Source: Candidatus Parcubacteria bacterium (GTDB lineage: Bacteria > Patescibacteriota > Minisyncoccia > UBA6257 > HR35). Taken from it: 64,000 nt of DNA. The notes below the pieces were generated by a model. It was not told where the DNA came from. It searched no databases and saw only the letters and a program-made list of their open reading frames with translations. The DNA lies in the NCBI GenBank assembly GCA_026004495.1, contig BPJG01000001.1, positions 432,527-496,526 on the forward strand, read 5' to 3'. The position numbers were made by a program, and so were the translations under genes. Shown here in pieces: positions 41,668 through 54,435 of the stretch (its first letter is position 1; the number at the start of each line of letters is the position of its first letter).

Positions 41668-42218
41668 GATTACTGATTAATCTTATTTTTATAATTTTAT
41701 TTTTCTTTTTCATAAATTCAGTTTTTAACTCTTTAATTCCTAGTTATAGAAATTATTTAAATTCTGTTGAAGAAAAAAATAAAGTAGAAAATGAACTAAT
41801 GTTAACTAAAAGCGTAAAAGAACAGTTTGAATTTTTACAATTAAAGGATGTTGTTAATATTGTTAAGCTTAAAAAAGATAATTATTTTGATTATTTTTTG
41901 CCTTCAAATTATATAGACTATGAATTAACAATGTTTATTAATCAATTATTTTATATAGCAGGATTTCCTCAGCCCAATGTTTATTCATTTAATCAAGAGG
42001 AAATAATTCACCCTCAAATAAAAAATGCTAAAGTATCTAAGTTAAGCTTTAGTATCATGGAGGAAGAAACATTAGATAATATAATAAAATTAATATCCAC
42101 TCTAGAAAATAGTAGTCGAATATTTGAAATTGAAACATTAGATTTAAAGAGGGGGAAAGAGAATAATTTAATAAATTCTTCTTTAAAAATTTCAACTTAT
42201 TATTTTTTGCCTAAATAA
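41664..42218 (+). CDS. pilO: PilO-like type IV pilus inner-membrane component
   Basis: Single N-terminal TM segment 'LINLIFIILFFFFINSVF'; coiled coil; 184 aa. ATGA overlap with pilN. Confidence 0.45.
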   Translation: MRLLINLIFIILFFFFINSVFNSLIPSYRNYLNSVEEKNKVENELMLTKSVKEQFEFLQLKDVVNIVKLKKDNYFDYFLPSNYIDYELTMFINQLFYIAGFPQPNVYSFNQEEIIHPQIKNAKVSKLSFSIMEEETLDNIIKLISTLENSSRIFEIETLDLKRGKENNLINSSLKISTYYFLPK

Positions 42219-42220
42219 AG

Positions 42221-42523
42221 ATGAAAAATATAATTTATAATAATTTTTTAAGATTAAAAATTTTGAACATAGTTTCAATATTATTATCATTTTTTATTGT
42301 TGTAGCAATTATCTATATTGCCTTTTGGGAATTTAATATTCTTAAAAAAGAAGTAGAAATGAGCCCTGAAATAAAAATGATTGAAGATGAAATAAATTAT
42401 TTAAGGGGTATCAATTTAAGCGAAAGCGTTGGAGATTTAAAAAATAAATTACCACAAGCTCAAGTTTTATCAGAACCAACCTTAACTAATGAGATGATAG
42501 GTAAAAGAGATTTTTTTGAATAA
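42221..42523 (+). CDS. Small single-TM protein in the pilus operon (PilP-like position)
   Basis: TM segment 'ILNIVSILLSFFIVVAIIYIAFW'. Sits between pilO and pilB. Confidence 0.35.
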   Translation: MKNIIYNNFLRLKILNIVSILLSFFIVVAIIYIAFWEFNILKKEVEMSPEIKMIEDEINYLRGINLSESVGDLKNKLPQAQVLSEPTLTNEMIGKRDFFE

Positions 42524-42528
42524 ATAAT

Positions 42529-44247
42529 ATGACCCTTAATGAATTTTTAAAAGAAAAATTAAAAGATAAATTTGATAATATTGATTATTTAATTTCTGAG
42601 GCAGAAAAAAATAAAATTTCTTTAGAAGAATTGTTTTATAGAAACGGTTTGCTAGATGATGACTTTCTTAAATTGAAATCAGAGTTTTTTAATTTACCAA
42701 TTAAAAAATTCGATTATAGTGAACAAATACCTCAAGAAATTTTAAATTTGATATCAAAAGATTTTGCTAAACAAAGAAAAATTATTGTTTTTGATAAAAA
42801 AGATAGTGAAATTTATATAGGTGCAGTAAATCCAGAAACTAATCCTCTTAATGAAACTATTGACTATCTTAAATCAATTTATAATCAAGAAATTAAAGCT
42901 TACATTATATCTATTAGAGATTATTTTTTGATTTTTAGGCAATATAATAAATTTTCTGATGTCTTAAAAGAAACTTTATTTAATTTAAGAAAAACCAAAC
43001 CTTTGGTAACTGAAGAAGAAATAGTGAAATTAGAGGAGGAAGTTTTAACTGATGAAGAAGCTCCAGTTGTTAAATTGGTGCAATCTTTAATTGAAGAAGC
43101 AGTTTATCTTCAAGCTTCTGATATTCATATTGAACCCTTGGTTCGTAAATTAAGAATCAGATTTAGAATTTTAGGCGATTTGAGAACAATTGCTTATTTA
43201 CCTAAAGATTTTCATCGTCAAATAATTAATAGAATAAAAGTTCTTTCTAAATTGAAATTAGATGAAACACGAATTCCTCAAGAAGGGAGAATTAGAACTT
43301 TTATTCATGGTCGAGAAATAGACTTAAGGATTGGTATTTTACCTACAATTCAAGGAGAAAAAATTGCTATTAGAATATTAGATCCCTTAGTTGGCTTGAA
43401 AAAAGTTTCAGACTTAGGATTATTGGTTTATAGCTATGAAAAATTAGGTAAGGCAATTAAATATCCTTATGGTCTAATTTTGATAACTGGCCCAACTGGC
43501 TCAGGTAAAACAACTACACTTTATGCTATCTTGCAAGAACTAAATAATGAAAACATTAATATTGTTAGCCTTGAAGACCCCGTGGAATATCTTTTAGAAA
43601 GCATTAATCAATCTCAAGTTAGATCAGAAATTAATTATACCTTTGCTAGTGGTTTGAGAACTATTCTTCGCCAAGATCCTAATGTTATTTTAGTAGGTGA
43701 GGTTAGAGATTTAGAAACAGCCGAGCTTTGTATCCATGCCTCATTAACGGGTCATTTAGTTTTATCAACGCTTCATACTAATACCGCCTTAGGTGCTATT
43801 AATAGATTATTAGATTTAGGAATTGAGAGATTTCTTTTGCCTGAAACAATTAGAATGATAATGTCACAAAGATTAGCAAAAAGATTATGTGACAGTTGCA
43901 AAAAAGAAGAAACTCCTTCGGATGATTTAAAAAATATAATTTCTGATAATATCAAATATATTGATAAAGAAATAATAGAAAGTCTTAAAATTGATATTAA
44001 TAATCCTAAAATTTATCATCCTTCAGGTTGTGAAAAATGTAATTTTCGGGGTTATATAGGTAGGGTTGGAATTTTTGAAATTATTTTAATTACTGATGAA
44101 CTTAAAAAGGCTATTTATGATAAAAAAACTAATGAAGAGATGGAAAAAATTTTAATTGAGGAAAAATTTATTAATTTAAAACAAGATGGTATTATAAAAT
44201 CATTAATGGGATTAGTAACAATTGAAGAAGTTTTGAAAATAACTTAA
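42529..44247 (+). CDS. pilB: Type IV pilus assembly ATPase PilB (GspE family)
   Basis: Walker A 'ILITGPTGSGKTTTLYA'; 'RQDPNVILVGEVRDLETA'; tetracysteine 'CDSC...CEKC'. Length 572 aa. Confidence 0.9.
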   Translation: MTLNEFLKEKLKDKFDNIDYLISEAEKNKISLEELFYRNGLLDDDFLKLKSEFFNLPIKKFDYSEQIPQEILNLISKDFAKQRKIIVFDKKDSEIYIGAVNPETNPLNETIDYLKSIYNQEIKAYIISIRDYFLIFRQYNKFSDVLKETLFNLRKTKPLVTEEEIVKLEEEVLTDEEAPVVKLVQSLIEEAVYLQASDIHIEPLVRKLRIRFRILGDLRTIAYLPKDFHRQIINRIKVLSKLKLDETRIPQEGRIRTFIHGREIDLRIGILPTIQGEKIAIRILDPLVGLKKVSDLGLLVYSYEKLGKAIKYPYGLILITGPTGSGKTTTLYAILQELNNENINIVSLEDPVEYLLESINQSQVRSEINYTFASGLRTILRQDPNVILVGEVRDLETAELCIHASLTGHLVLSTLHTNTALGAINRLLDLGIERFLLPETIRMIMSQRLAKRLCDSCKKEETPSDDLKNIISDNIKYIDKEIIESLKIDINNPKIYHPSGCEKCNFRGYIGRVGIFEIILITDELKKAIYDKKTNEEMEKILIEEKFINLKQDGIIKSLMGLVTIEEVLKIT

Positions 44248-44258
44248 AATTTTTTAAC

Positions 44259-45317
44259 ATGGACGATAAATTAAAAAGAATTTTTTATATTGCTGTTCAA
44301 AGAGGTGCTTCTGACGTTCATATAGTACCAGCTAAATATCCAACCCTAAGGGTTGATGGCGGATTAGTAAATCTTAACGAAGAAGGTATTATTTTTGCCA
44401 GCCAAACAAAGGAAATGCTTTTCTCTCTATTAAATGATGATCAAAAGAATTTTTTAATTAAGTATAAAGATATTGATTTTTCTTTTAATATTGATGATAA
44501 AATTAGAGTTAGAGCAAATATTTATTTTCAAAATAATGGTTTAGCTGGTGCCTTTAGAATTATTTCAACAGAAATTAAAACGATCGAAGAATTGAATTTG
44601 CCTCCCATACTTCATGAATTCATTAAGAAAAGACAAGGATTAATTCTTATCACTGGACCTGCTGGCTCAGGTAAATCAACTACCCTTGCTTCTTTAATTG
44701 ATGAAATTAATCACAATAGAAATAGTCACATTATTACTATTGAAGAACCAATAGAATACATTTTTTTACCAGATCTTTCTTTAATTTCACAAAGAGAAAT
44801 ACCTCGGGATTCACCTACCTGGCATCGAGCTCTAAGAGCAGCCCTGAGAGAAGATCCAGATATTATTATGATAGGAGAATTAAGAGATGCTACTTCTGTT
44901 CAAATAGCCCTAACTGCTGCTGAAACGGGTCATTTAGTTTTAGGTACGCTACATACAAATTCAGCTTCTCAAACAATCGATAGAATTTTAGATGTTTTAC
45001 CCGAGGGTCAAAAAAATCAAGCTAGGTTTCAATTAGCTTCTACTTTAATTGGGGTTGTTTCTCAGAGATTGGTTAGTAGATTAAAGGGTGGTAGGATACC
45101 TGCTTGTGAAGTTTTGGTTGCTAATCCGGCAGTAAAAAATCTTATTAGAGAAAATAAAATTTATCAAATAGATTTAGTTATAGAGACAAGTATTGAAAGC
45201 GGAATGTTTGCTATGGAAAGATCACTTGCTACCTTAGTTAATTTAGGTGAGATAAGTATGGAAACTGCTTTTGATTATTCAATTAATCCTGAGAGATTAA
45301 AAAACTTATTAAAATAA
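44259..45317 (+). CDS. pilT: Twitching-motility/pilus retraction ATPase PilT
   Basis: 'ILITGPAGSGKSTTLAS'; 'REDPDIIMIGELRD'; 'GHLVLGTLHTNSA'. Length 352 aa. Confidence 0.9.
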   Translation: MDDKLKRIFYIAVQRGASDVHIVPAKYPTLRVDGGLVNLNEEGIIFASQTKEMLFSLLNDDQKNFLIKYKDIDFSFNIDDKIRVRANIYFQNNGLAGAFRIISTEIKTIEELNLPPILHEFIKKRQGLILITGPAGSGKSTTLASLIDEINHNRNSHIITIEEPIEYIFLPDLSLISQREIPRDSPTWHRALRAALREDPDIIMIGELRDATSVQIALTAAETGHLVLGTLHTNSASQTIDRILDVLPEGQKNQARFQLASTLIGVVSQRLVSRLKGGRIPACEVLVANPAVKNLIRENKIYQIDLVIETSIESGMFAMERSLATLVNLGEISMETAFDYSINPERLKNLLK

Positions 45318-45331
45318 TAACCTAAATTAAA

Positions 45332-46540
45332 ATGAAATTTGAATTCAGAGGTTTTGATCAAGATGGTAATTTTAAGACAGGTATTTTAGAAGCTCAAAGT
45401 CAAGAACAGGCAGTTTTGTTACTTCAAAATCAAGGAATAGTTGTTACTTATATCAGTAAGCCATCAATTTCCAAAATTCAATTATTTTTTAATAAAATAT
45501 CTCTTTTAGATTTAGCCTTCTTTTGTAAATCACTTAACTTTCTTCTTAAATCTAAAACAGAAATAGATGAATCGATTAAATCTTTATCATATCAGGTTAA
45601 TAAGCAATTTTTTAAGAATATATTAGAAGATATCTATCAGCAAATTATTTCTGGTATTTCATTATCAGAAGCCTTGAATAAATATCCGAATGTATTTCCT
45701 AATTCTATGGTTAAATTAATTAAAATAGGTGAACTTTCTGGTAATTTAGAAGAAGTGTTTAAAAATTTATCTGAATATTTTGAAGAGCAACATAAGCTTT
45801 TTAGTAAAGTAATTCAATCTCTGTATTATCCTGCTATAGTTATTTTAATTTTTATTACTACTATAATTTTTCTCTTTTTTAACGTTATACCTCAAATATC
45901 TAATATTTTTATAGAAAATAATATTGAACTACCTAAAATAACTAAAAATTTATTAAGTGTTTCTACTTTTGTTGTTAATTATTGGTATTATATTTTAATC
46001 GGAATTATAATTTTTATTTATTCTCTAATAGAATTCCTTAAGACTGACGATGGAAAGTTATTTTTATATAATATGTTTGTTAATTTTCCTATAATTGGTA
46101 GCTTACTGAAAGAAATTTATATAGTTTCTTTTATTCAATCTTTAATTTTTCTTATAAAAGGAGGCATTACAATATCTGAAAGTTTAGAAATTGTTTCCCA
46201 AAGTATTAATAATCCATACTATAAAAATGCTATTAAATACCTATCTGATGAAACACAAAAAGGTAAGCAAATTTCTGAGAGTATAAAAATTTTTCCTGAC
46301 CTATTTCCTCCTTTTGTAGTCCAAGGATTTATTACTGGTGAAAAAACTGGTGAATTAACAAATTCGCTTACAAGTATCTTAGAGTATTATAAGATAGATA
46401 TTAATAATAAAGTAAATAATTTGGGTGAAACAATTCAACCTATTATAATAATTGTCTTAGCTATAGGACTTATTTTTATTGAGGCTTCTTTAATTATTCC
46501 AATATCCGAATTAACTAAATCAATCAGTCAATTAAGATAA
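45332..46540 (+). CDS. pilC: Type IV pilus platform protein PilC (GspF family)
   Basis: Two GspF-type repeats with 3 TM segments. 402 aa. Follows pilT. Confidence 0.85.
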   Translation: MKFEFRGFDQDGNFKTGILEAQSQEQAVLLLQNQGIVVTYISKPSISKIQLFFNKISLLDLAFFCKSLNFLLKSKTEIDESIKSLSYQVNKQFFKNILEDIYQQIISGISLSEALNKYPNVFPNSMVKLIKIGELSGNLEEVFKNLSEYFEEQHKLFSKVIQSLYYPAIVILIFITTIIFLFFNVIPQISNIFIENNIELPKITKNLLSVSTFVVNYWYYILIGIIIFIYSLIEFLKTDDGKLFLYNMFVNFPIIGSLLKEIYIVSFIQSLIFLIKGGITISESLEIVSQSINNPYYKNAIKYLSDETQKGKQISESIKIFPDLFPPFVVQGFITGEKTGELTNSLTSILEYYKIDINNKVNNLGETIQPIIIIVLAIGLIFIEASLIIPISELTKSISQLR

Positions 46541-46680
46541 ATTAAGTTATCCACATTTTATAAAATTGTTTTTTTAATAATATTTTATAATTTATTATAT
46601 AAAATAAATATTATGTAATAAAGATTTTGGTCGTAATTAATTTTAAAAAATTAAATTTTAAATACTAAAATAATTAAAAA

Positions 46681-47235
46681 ATGAAAAATAATAAATTTAA
46701 AGGATTCACCTTAATAGAATTAGCGGTCGTTCTTTTGGTTATAGGTATATTAGCTGGTTTGGTTGTTAGAAATTATAGTGGTTTTACCAGCTCTGCTAGA
46801 GATACTCGTCGATTAGCAGACTTAAGAAATATAACCAATTTATTAGCTGCTTATTACGTAGGGAATAATATTTTTCCAGATCGAACCTTTGCTGGAGCAG
46901 CAGCTAGTTGGACAAATGACTTTGCTAACCTATTAGTAAGCAATGGAATATTAGCTAATTCTAATGAATTACCTAAAGATCCTCAAAATAATAACAATTT
47001 CTATTATAGATATTATACTTGTGATAGAGATGTAAACCCAAACGGAGGTACATATGGCACAGGAAGCGCTTATATCTTAGCTGCAAGATTAGAAACGCCA
47101 ACTTCAAACCAAGCTATTTATAGAGAATCTGCTACTGGTAACATACAATGTCTTAATCAGTCAGGATTATGGACAACCCGTGATGGTCTTGGTTGCTATC
47201 CTAGCACTACTCTATTTTGCCTATATGTATATTAA
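46681..47235 (+). CDS. pilA: Type IV (major) pilin with a class III signal peptide
   Basis: 'MKNNKFKG|FTLIELAVVLLVIGILAG' is a prepilin leader plus the G/FTLIE N-methylation motif. C-terminal Cys pairs ('CDRD', 'QCLNQ', 'GCYPSTTLFC') suggest disulfide loops. Confidence 0.85.
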   Translation: MKNNKFKGFTLIELAVVLLVIGILAGLVVRNYSGFTSSARDTRRLADLRNITNLLAAYYVGNNIFPDRTFAGAAASWTNDFANLLVSNGILANSNELPKDPQNNNNFYYRYYTCDRDVNPNGGTYGTGSAYILAARLETPTSNQAIYRESATGNIQCLNQSGLWTTRDGLGCYPSTTLFCLYVY

Positions 47236-47283
47236 AAAGTTATATTAAAAAATAAATCTATCATAAAAATAATTTAATTCTGT

Positions 47284-48129
47284 ATGATTTATTTTATCTT
47301 TGGATTATTTTTGGGTAGTTTAGTTAATAATATTGCTTATCGATTAGTTAGAAATGAAGACTTTATTTTGGGGAGTTCTAAATGTGATAGTTGCCAAAAA
47401 AATCTATTATGGTATGAATTAATCCCCATAATTAGTTATTTGATTCAAGGAGGTAAATGTAGGAATTGTCGGAATAAAATTTCTTTTCGCTATCCATTAA
47501 CAGAGTTAATTACAGGTTTGTTGACATATAAAATTGCAGAAAAAACTCTTTTAATATCAAATTTTAATTTAATTAATTTTTTATATTTTAATTATTTTTT
47601 AATAATAACCCTATTATTTTTTATTTTAAGCTTATATGACTTAGAAACATTTTATATTGAAGATAAATTAATATATTTAGCTATATTTATTTGGTTAATT
47701 TTTGCCCTTGTTTTTAATTATTTAAGTATTTTTCCTAAAATTGATTTTAATCCTGGATTAAATTCTTTAATTTATTTACCTGAATTAAATGTTAAAGATT
47801 ATATTTTTAATAGATTATATTATGCTTTCATATTTGCTTTATCAATTTTAATTATTTTTATTCTTACTCTTGGCAAAGGAATTGGTTTAGGTGATATTAA
47901 ACTATTCTTTATTCTTGGTTTATATTTCAATTTTAGCGATATCTTAGCTGCTTCGGCATTTACAATTTTAATTAGTGGAATTTTTAGTTTATTTATTTTG
48001 ATTTATAAAAGAAAAATTAAACAAGCGGTTCCCCTTGGGCCTTTTATATTTGCAGGTTTATTTTTGTCCATTTTTACTGGAGATTATCTATATGAGCTGG
48101 TGAATAATTTATTAATCTTAGATACATAA
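47284..48129 (+). CDS. pilD: Prepilin peptidase (A24 family)
   Basis: N-terminal 'CDSC...CRNC' zinc motif typical of PilD. Polytopic membrane protein with 'GLGDIKLF' (catalytic Asp region). Confidence 0.8.
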   Translation: MIYFIFGLFLGSLVNNIAYRLVRNEDFILGSSKCDSCQKNLLWYELIPIISYLIQGGKCRNCRNKISFRYPLTELITGLLTYKIAEKTLLISNFNLINFLYFNYFLIITLLFFILSLYDLETFYIEDKLIYLAIFIWLIFALVFNYLSIFPKIDFNPGLNSLIYLPELNVKDYIFNRLYYAFIFALSILIIFILTLGKGIGLGDIKLFFILGLYFNFSDILAASAFTILISGIFSLFILIYKRKIKQAVPLGPFIFAGLFLSIFTGDYLYELVNNLLILDT

Positions 48130-48204
48130 TTTAAAAGTCTTGTTTTTTTTAAATTTTATCTTAAAATAAAATTCCGTAGTAAAATTAAGCTTACTAATAA
48201 TATT

Positions 48205-49410
48205 ATGGATAAAAATAATTTAATAATTTTTACGTTTTTTATTCTGTTTTTAATTAGTTTAATTTTTAGTTTAGATAATTCAATTTTAGATTTTAAATTT
48301 GGCCTAGATTTAACAGGGGGTGTTCTTATAACATATGATGCTGATTTAAGAAATGTAAAATTAACAGAAATAAATGATGTCCTTTCTGGGGTTAAAGATC
48401 TGATTGAAAGAAGAATTAATACGTTAGGAATAGCTGAAACAAATATCAGCTATACTAATTCAGGTAGATTAATAGTTGAAATCCCAAATATTAAGGACCC
48501 GCAAGAAGCCATTAATTTAATTGGCCAAACTCCATTATTAGAATTTCGCATTCCTAAAGTGGTTGGAACAACAACATATTTTTTACCTTCTGAACTAACT
48601 GGTCGTTATCTAGAAAATGTAGAATTTAAGCTAAATCCTCAAACTGCTTTTCCCATTATAAGTTTAAAGTTTAATAAAGAAGGATCAAAAATATTTGAAG
48701 AATTGACAAAAAAATATTTAAATCAACCGATAGCTATTTATATTGACAATAAGCCTATTTCAACACCTATTGTAAGACAAGTTATTAGCGGAGGTGAGGC
48801 TGTTATTGAAGGAAATTTTGATTTATTAACTGCAAAAAAATTAGCAAACGATCTTAAACAAGGCGCTCTACCTGTACCTCTTTATTTAAAAGGTATAACC
48901 CAGATCAATCCTTTGTTTGGAGAAAAATTTAAATACCTATCTTTAAAGGCTGGCATAATTGGATTTTTATTAGTTGTTATCTTTATGATTATTTTTTACC
49001 GCCTACAAGGTATAATAGCTTCTATTTGTTTAATTGTCTATATTTTTTTAAATATATTTATTTATAAATTATTTGGAATTGTTTTAACATTAGCAGGAAT
49101 AGCAGGTTTGATTTTATCTATTGGTATGGCAGTGGATGCTAATATTTTAATTGCTGAAAGAATAAGAGAAGAAATTAAATGGGGATTAAATAAGAAAGAA
49201 GCAGTAATAACAGGTTTTAAAAGAGCTTGGACATCTATTAGAGATTCTAATGTTTCTACTATTATTTCAGCAATTATAGTTTATTTTTTAGCTACTTCAT
49301 TTATTAAGGGTTTTGCTATTACTCTTTCTATTGGTGTTATAATTAGTTTTATTACTGCTTTTTATCTTACTAGATTATTAACCCAAAAAATATATGATTT
49401 AAGTATTTAA
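48205..49410 (+). CDS. secD: Protein translocase subunit SecD
   Basis: 'FGLDLTGGVLITY'; 'RINTLGIAE'; 'GQTPLLEFR'; C-terminal 6-TM RND-like domain 'GIAGLILSIGMAVDANILIAERIREE'. Confidence 0.8.
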   Translation: MDKNNLIIFTFFILFLISLIFSLDNSILDFKFGLDLTGGVLITYDADLRNVKLTEINDVLSGVKDLIERRINTLGIAETNISYTNSGRLIVEIPNIKDPQEAINLIGQTPLLEFRIPKVVGTTTYFLPSELTGRYLENVEFKLNPQTAFPIISLKFNKEGSKIFEELTKKYLNQPIAIYIDNKPISTPIVRQVISGGEAVIEGNFDLLTAKKLANDLKQGALPVPLYLKGITQINPLFGEKFKYLSLKAGIIGFLLVVIFMIIFYRLQGIIASICLIVYIFLNIFIYKLFGIVLTLAGIAGLILSIGMAVDANILIAERIREEIKWGLNKKEAVITGFKRAWTSIRDSNVSTIISAIIVYFLATSFIKGFAITLSIGVIISFITAFYLTRLLTQKIYDLSI

Positions 49411-49429
49411 CTAACTTATTTAAATAAAA

Positions 49430-49909
49430 ATGTCACGAGTTATTAGTAAAGAAGTTTATGAGCAATTAAAAAAAGAATTAGAAAATTTAAAAAAGATTGC
49501 AAGAAAAGAGATTGCCGAAAAAATAAAAACAGCTAAAGAATTTGGAGATTTAAGCGAAAATGCCGAATATCAATCTGCCTTAGAAGAACAAAAGAGGCTT
49601 GAAAGAAGAATTTTTGAAATTGAAAATATCCTCAAAACATCTAAAGTAATAAAAAGTAAGCCAATAAAGTCAGATAAAGTTAATATTGGTACGGAAATTG
49701 AAGTTGAGATAATTGATAATAAAGTTAAGGATAATAAAAAAACAATGAAGTTTAAAATTGTAGGCTTTGGAGAATCAGATCCTTTGAGTGGCAAAATATC
49801 TATCGAATCTCCATTAGGTAAAAGTCTTCTTGGTAAAAAAATTGGTGATGTAGTTGAAGTTTCTGTTGGGAAAAAGATAATAAAATACAAAATTAAATCT
49901 ATTAAATAA
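49430..49909 (+). CDS. greA: Transcription elongation factor GreA
   Basis: 'AKEFGDLSENAEYQSALEEQ' is the Gre coiled-coil acidic tip. A C-terminal FKBP-like domain follows. Confidence 0.85.
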   Translation: MSRVISKEVYEQLKKELENLKKIARKEIAEKIKTAKEFGDLSENAEYQSALEEQKRLERRIFEIENILKTSKVIKSKPIKSDKVNIGTEIEVEIIDNKVKDNKKTMKFKIVGFGESDPLSGKISIESPLGKSLLGKKIGDVVEVSVGKKIIKYKIKSIK

Positions 49910-49919
49910 AATAATTCTT

Positions 49920-52539
<2,620 letters not shown>

Positions 52540-52555
52540 TTGTAAATAATAATAC

Positions 52556-53140
52556 TTATGTTCTACAAAGATTGGTTTTGTTGAAAGAATTAAAAGGATG
52601 GGCAGTCATTTGAATATTAATTGGAATTTGATTTTTTCCTTTTAATTTTACCTTACCTTCTATAGCGATAGTAATAGATTTAGCTGATATTAAATTATAA
52701 GTATCATTATTAGTAATAATATCTCTTGTAGGAATGCTAGTATTTATTTTCCCTCCTAAATAAATATTAAATTTATCTATATCAATTAAATTTATATCGC
52801 TAAGATTGGAGGTGATGTTATTTTTTATGAGTGATAAATAACCAATATCATCTGAAGTGGTAGTAAAAATTAAAGTAGTAGTAACACAATCATTAATATT
52901 TAGAAATTCTAATTCATTAGTTGTAGTCGAAAAATAGCCCCCCGTTTTAATTTCTAAATAAATTCTATCTAGGGCAGTTTTTAAATTCTGAAGACCAGCT
53001 AATTGTCTTTGATTTATTACATAAGAATTTATTATAGCTAAATAAGAATTTGATAATGTTCCGAGGAAAATAAGGATTATAAAAAAAGCAACTATTAATT
53101 CTATAATTGAGAAAGATTTATTAATTATTTTCATTTTCAA
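52556..53140 (-). CDS. Minor (pseudo)pilin with a prepilin-type N-terminal motif
   Basis: 'NKSFSIIELIVAFFIILIFLG' has an E at +5, as in class III signal peptides, with S in place of the usual G. Confidence 0.55.
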   Translation of the reverse strand: MKMKIINKSFSIIELIVAFFIILIFLGTLSNSYLAIINSYVINQRQLAGLQNLKTALDRIYLEIKTGGYFSTTTNELEFLNINDCVTTTLIFTTTSDDIGYLSLIKNNITSNLSDINLIDIDKFNIYLGGKINTSIPTRDIITNNDTYNLISAKSITIAIEGKVKLKGKNQIPINIQMTAHPFNSFNKTNLCRT

Positions 53141-53149
53141 ATTTTAATT

Positions 53150-53752
53150 TTATTTATTTAAGTTAAAAATAAAACTTTCCAAATTTATTTGCTTATTACC
53201 AAATTGTAATGTGCTTATTACTTTAACACTAGTTGCGCTTTCTATATTGATTCCATCTAAGGTTGTTGTTACTGTAATGAATCTTTTAAATTTAGTCGTG
53301 GTATTAGATGATAAATGAGTAAAGAAACTTTCACTATTTAAGTATAAAGAATCAGGATTATCACAAGAAGAAGTATTAAAATCATAATTTAAGCAAAAAG
53401 TAATTGAGCTTGTATTATTATTTCCTAAATCTCCTAACCAGGAAGATGTTGAATATTCAGGACAAAATGGATAATCTGATTGCCCACTCGCTGTTTTTCT
53501 GCATTCATTTATCGCAAATCTATAATCTCTAATGGCTCTAACTAACTCTAAACCTTCTTGAGCCAAAAAGTTAGCTATAAAAACTTCCTTTGACTGATTA
53601 AGAGTTTTAACATAAGAATAAATAAGATTATAAAAACCTATAAAGACTAATAAAAAAATTATAATAGCTAATAAAACTTCAGCCATAAATTGACCTTTTT
53701 TATTCTGATGATATTTTTCCAGCTTTACTAATAGTGATTGTTGCAGTTTCAT
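53150..53752 (-). CDS. Minor (pseudo)pilin with a prepilin-type N-terminal motif
   Basis: 'KKGQFMAEVLLAIIIFLLVF' (G followed by E at +5). Confidence 0.55.
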   Translation of the reverse strand: MKLQQSLLVKLEKYHQNKKGQFMAEVLLAIIIFLLVFIGFYNLIYSYVKTLNQSKEVFIANFLAQEGLELVRAIRDYRFAINECRKTASGQSDYPFCPEYSTSSWLGDLGNNNTSSITFCLNYDFNTSSCDNPDSLYLNSESFFTHLSSNTTTKFKRFITVTTTLDGINIESATSVKVISTLQFGNKQINLESFIFNLNK

Positions 53753-54350
53753 TATTTTTTATTAAAATTATATAGAAATTATTTTCTAAATCAATTTTAT
53801 AACTACTATTTGAGGTTGAATAATAGATAATTGGTTCACCATAAGGAGCAGTAAATATAACTGAAGTTGTATTGAAATCTATATATGCTGATGAAGTAGC
53901 TATCTTTATATTGTCTACGAAAGATAAATCTCTAGTATCTTCTGTATTTAAGGTTGTTATATAGTTGTCGTTTTGTGAAATATAAAATGAAGGAGTATAA
54001 ATAGCAAAATTAAAAACCTCAGGTGAAGTGGATGAAATATCTAAACAATTAACCACTGTTGAAGTTGAAGAAGTTGCATAAAGGACTTTAAAATATTTTT
54101 TATTTTCTCTTGAAATAACTAATCCCGAACCGCAGATTGTTGAAGTAGTATTATTTAAAACAAATTCACCACTTTCCATAGCTATTCTTAGAGTTTGTTT
54201 TAGGTCTTGATTTAATAAAAATATATTTTCTTGAAATTTACGGAAAATTTTATTAATTCCACTGATAGATACAGTTATACCTAAAATTATCGTAGTGATT
54301 AAAAGAATTATTGTTGATTCTAATAAAGTAAAGGCTTTATTATTCTTCAT
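53700..54350 (-). CDS. Minor (pseudo)pilin with a prepilin-type N-terminal motif
   Basis: 'MKNNKAFTLLESTIILLITTIILG' is FTLLE-type. Confidence 0.6.
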   Translation of the reverse strand: MKNNKAFTLLESTIILLITTIILGITVSISGINKIFRKFQENIFLLNQDLKQTLRIAMESGEFVLNNTTSTICGSGLVISRENKKYFKVLYATSSTSTVVNCLDISSTSPEVFNFAIYTPSFYISQNDNYITTLNTEDTRDLSFVDNIKIATSSAYIDFNTTSVIFTAPYGEPIIYYSTSNSSYKIDLENNFYIILIKNNETATITISKAGKISSE

Positions 54351-54435
54351 ATTAAATATTATATCACAAGATGTGATTTATAATATAAATTAAATAATTT
54401 GAAAAATAAGATATATTTTAAATTTAAATAATAAA

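Noticed and set aside
48205-49410. Possible fused SecDF.
   Set aside because: At 401 aa with a single periplasmic domain and one 6-TM bundle, it matches SecD alone. No second RND-like half is present.
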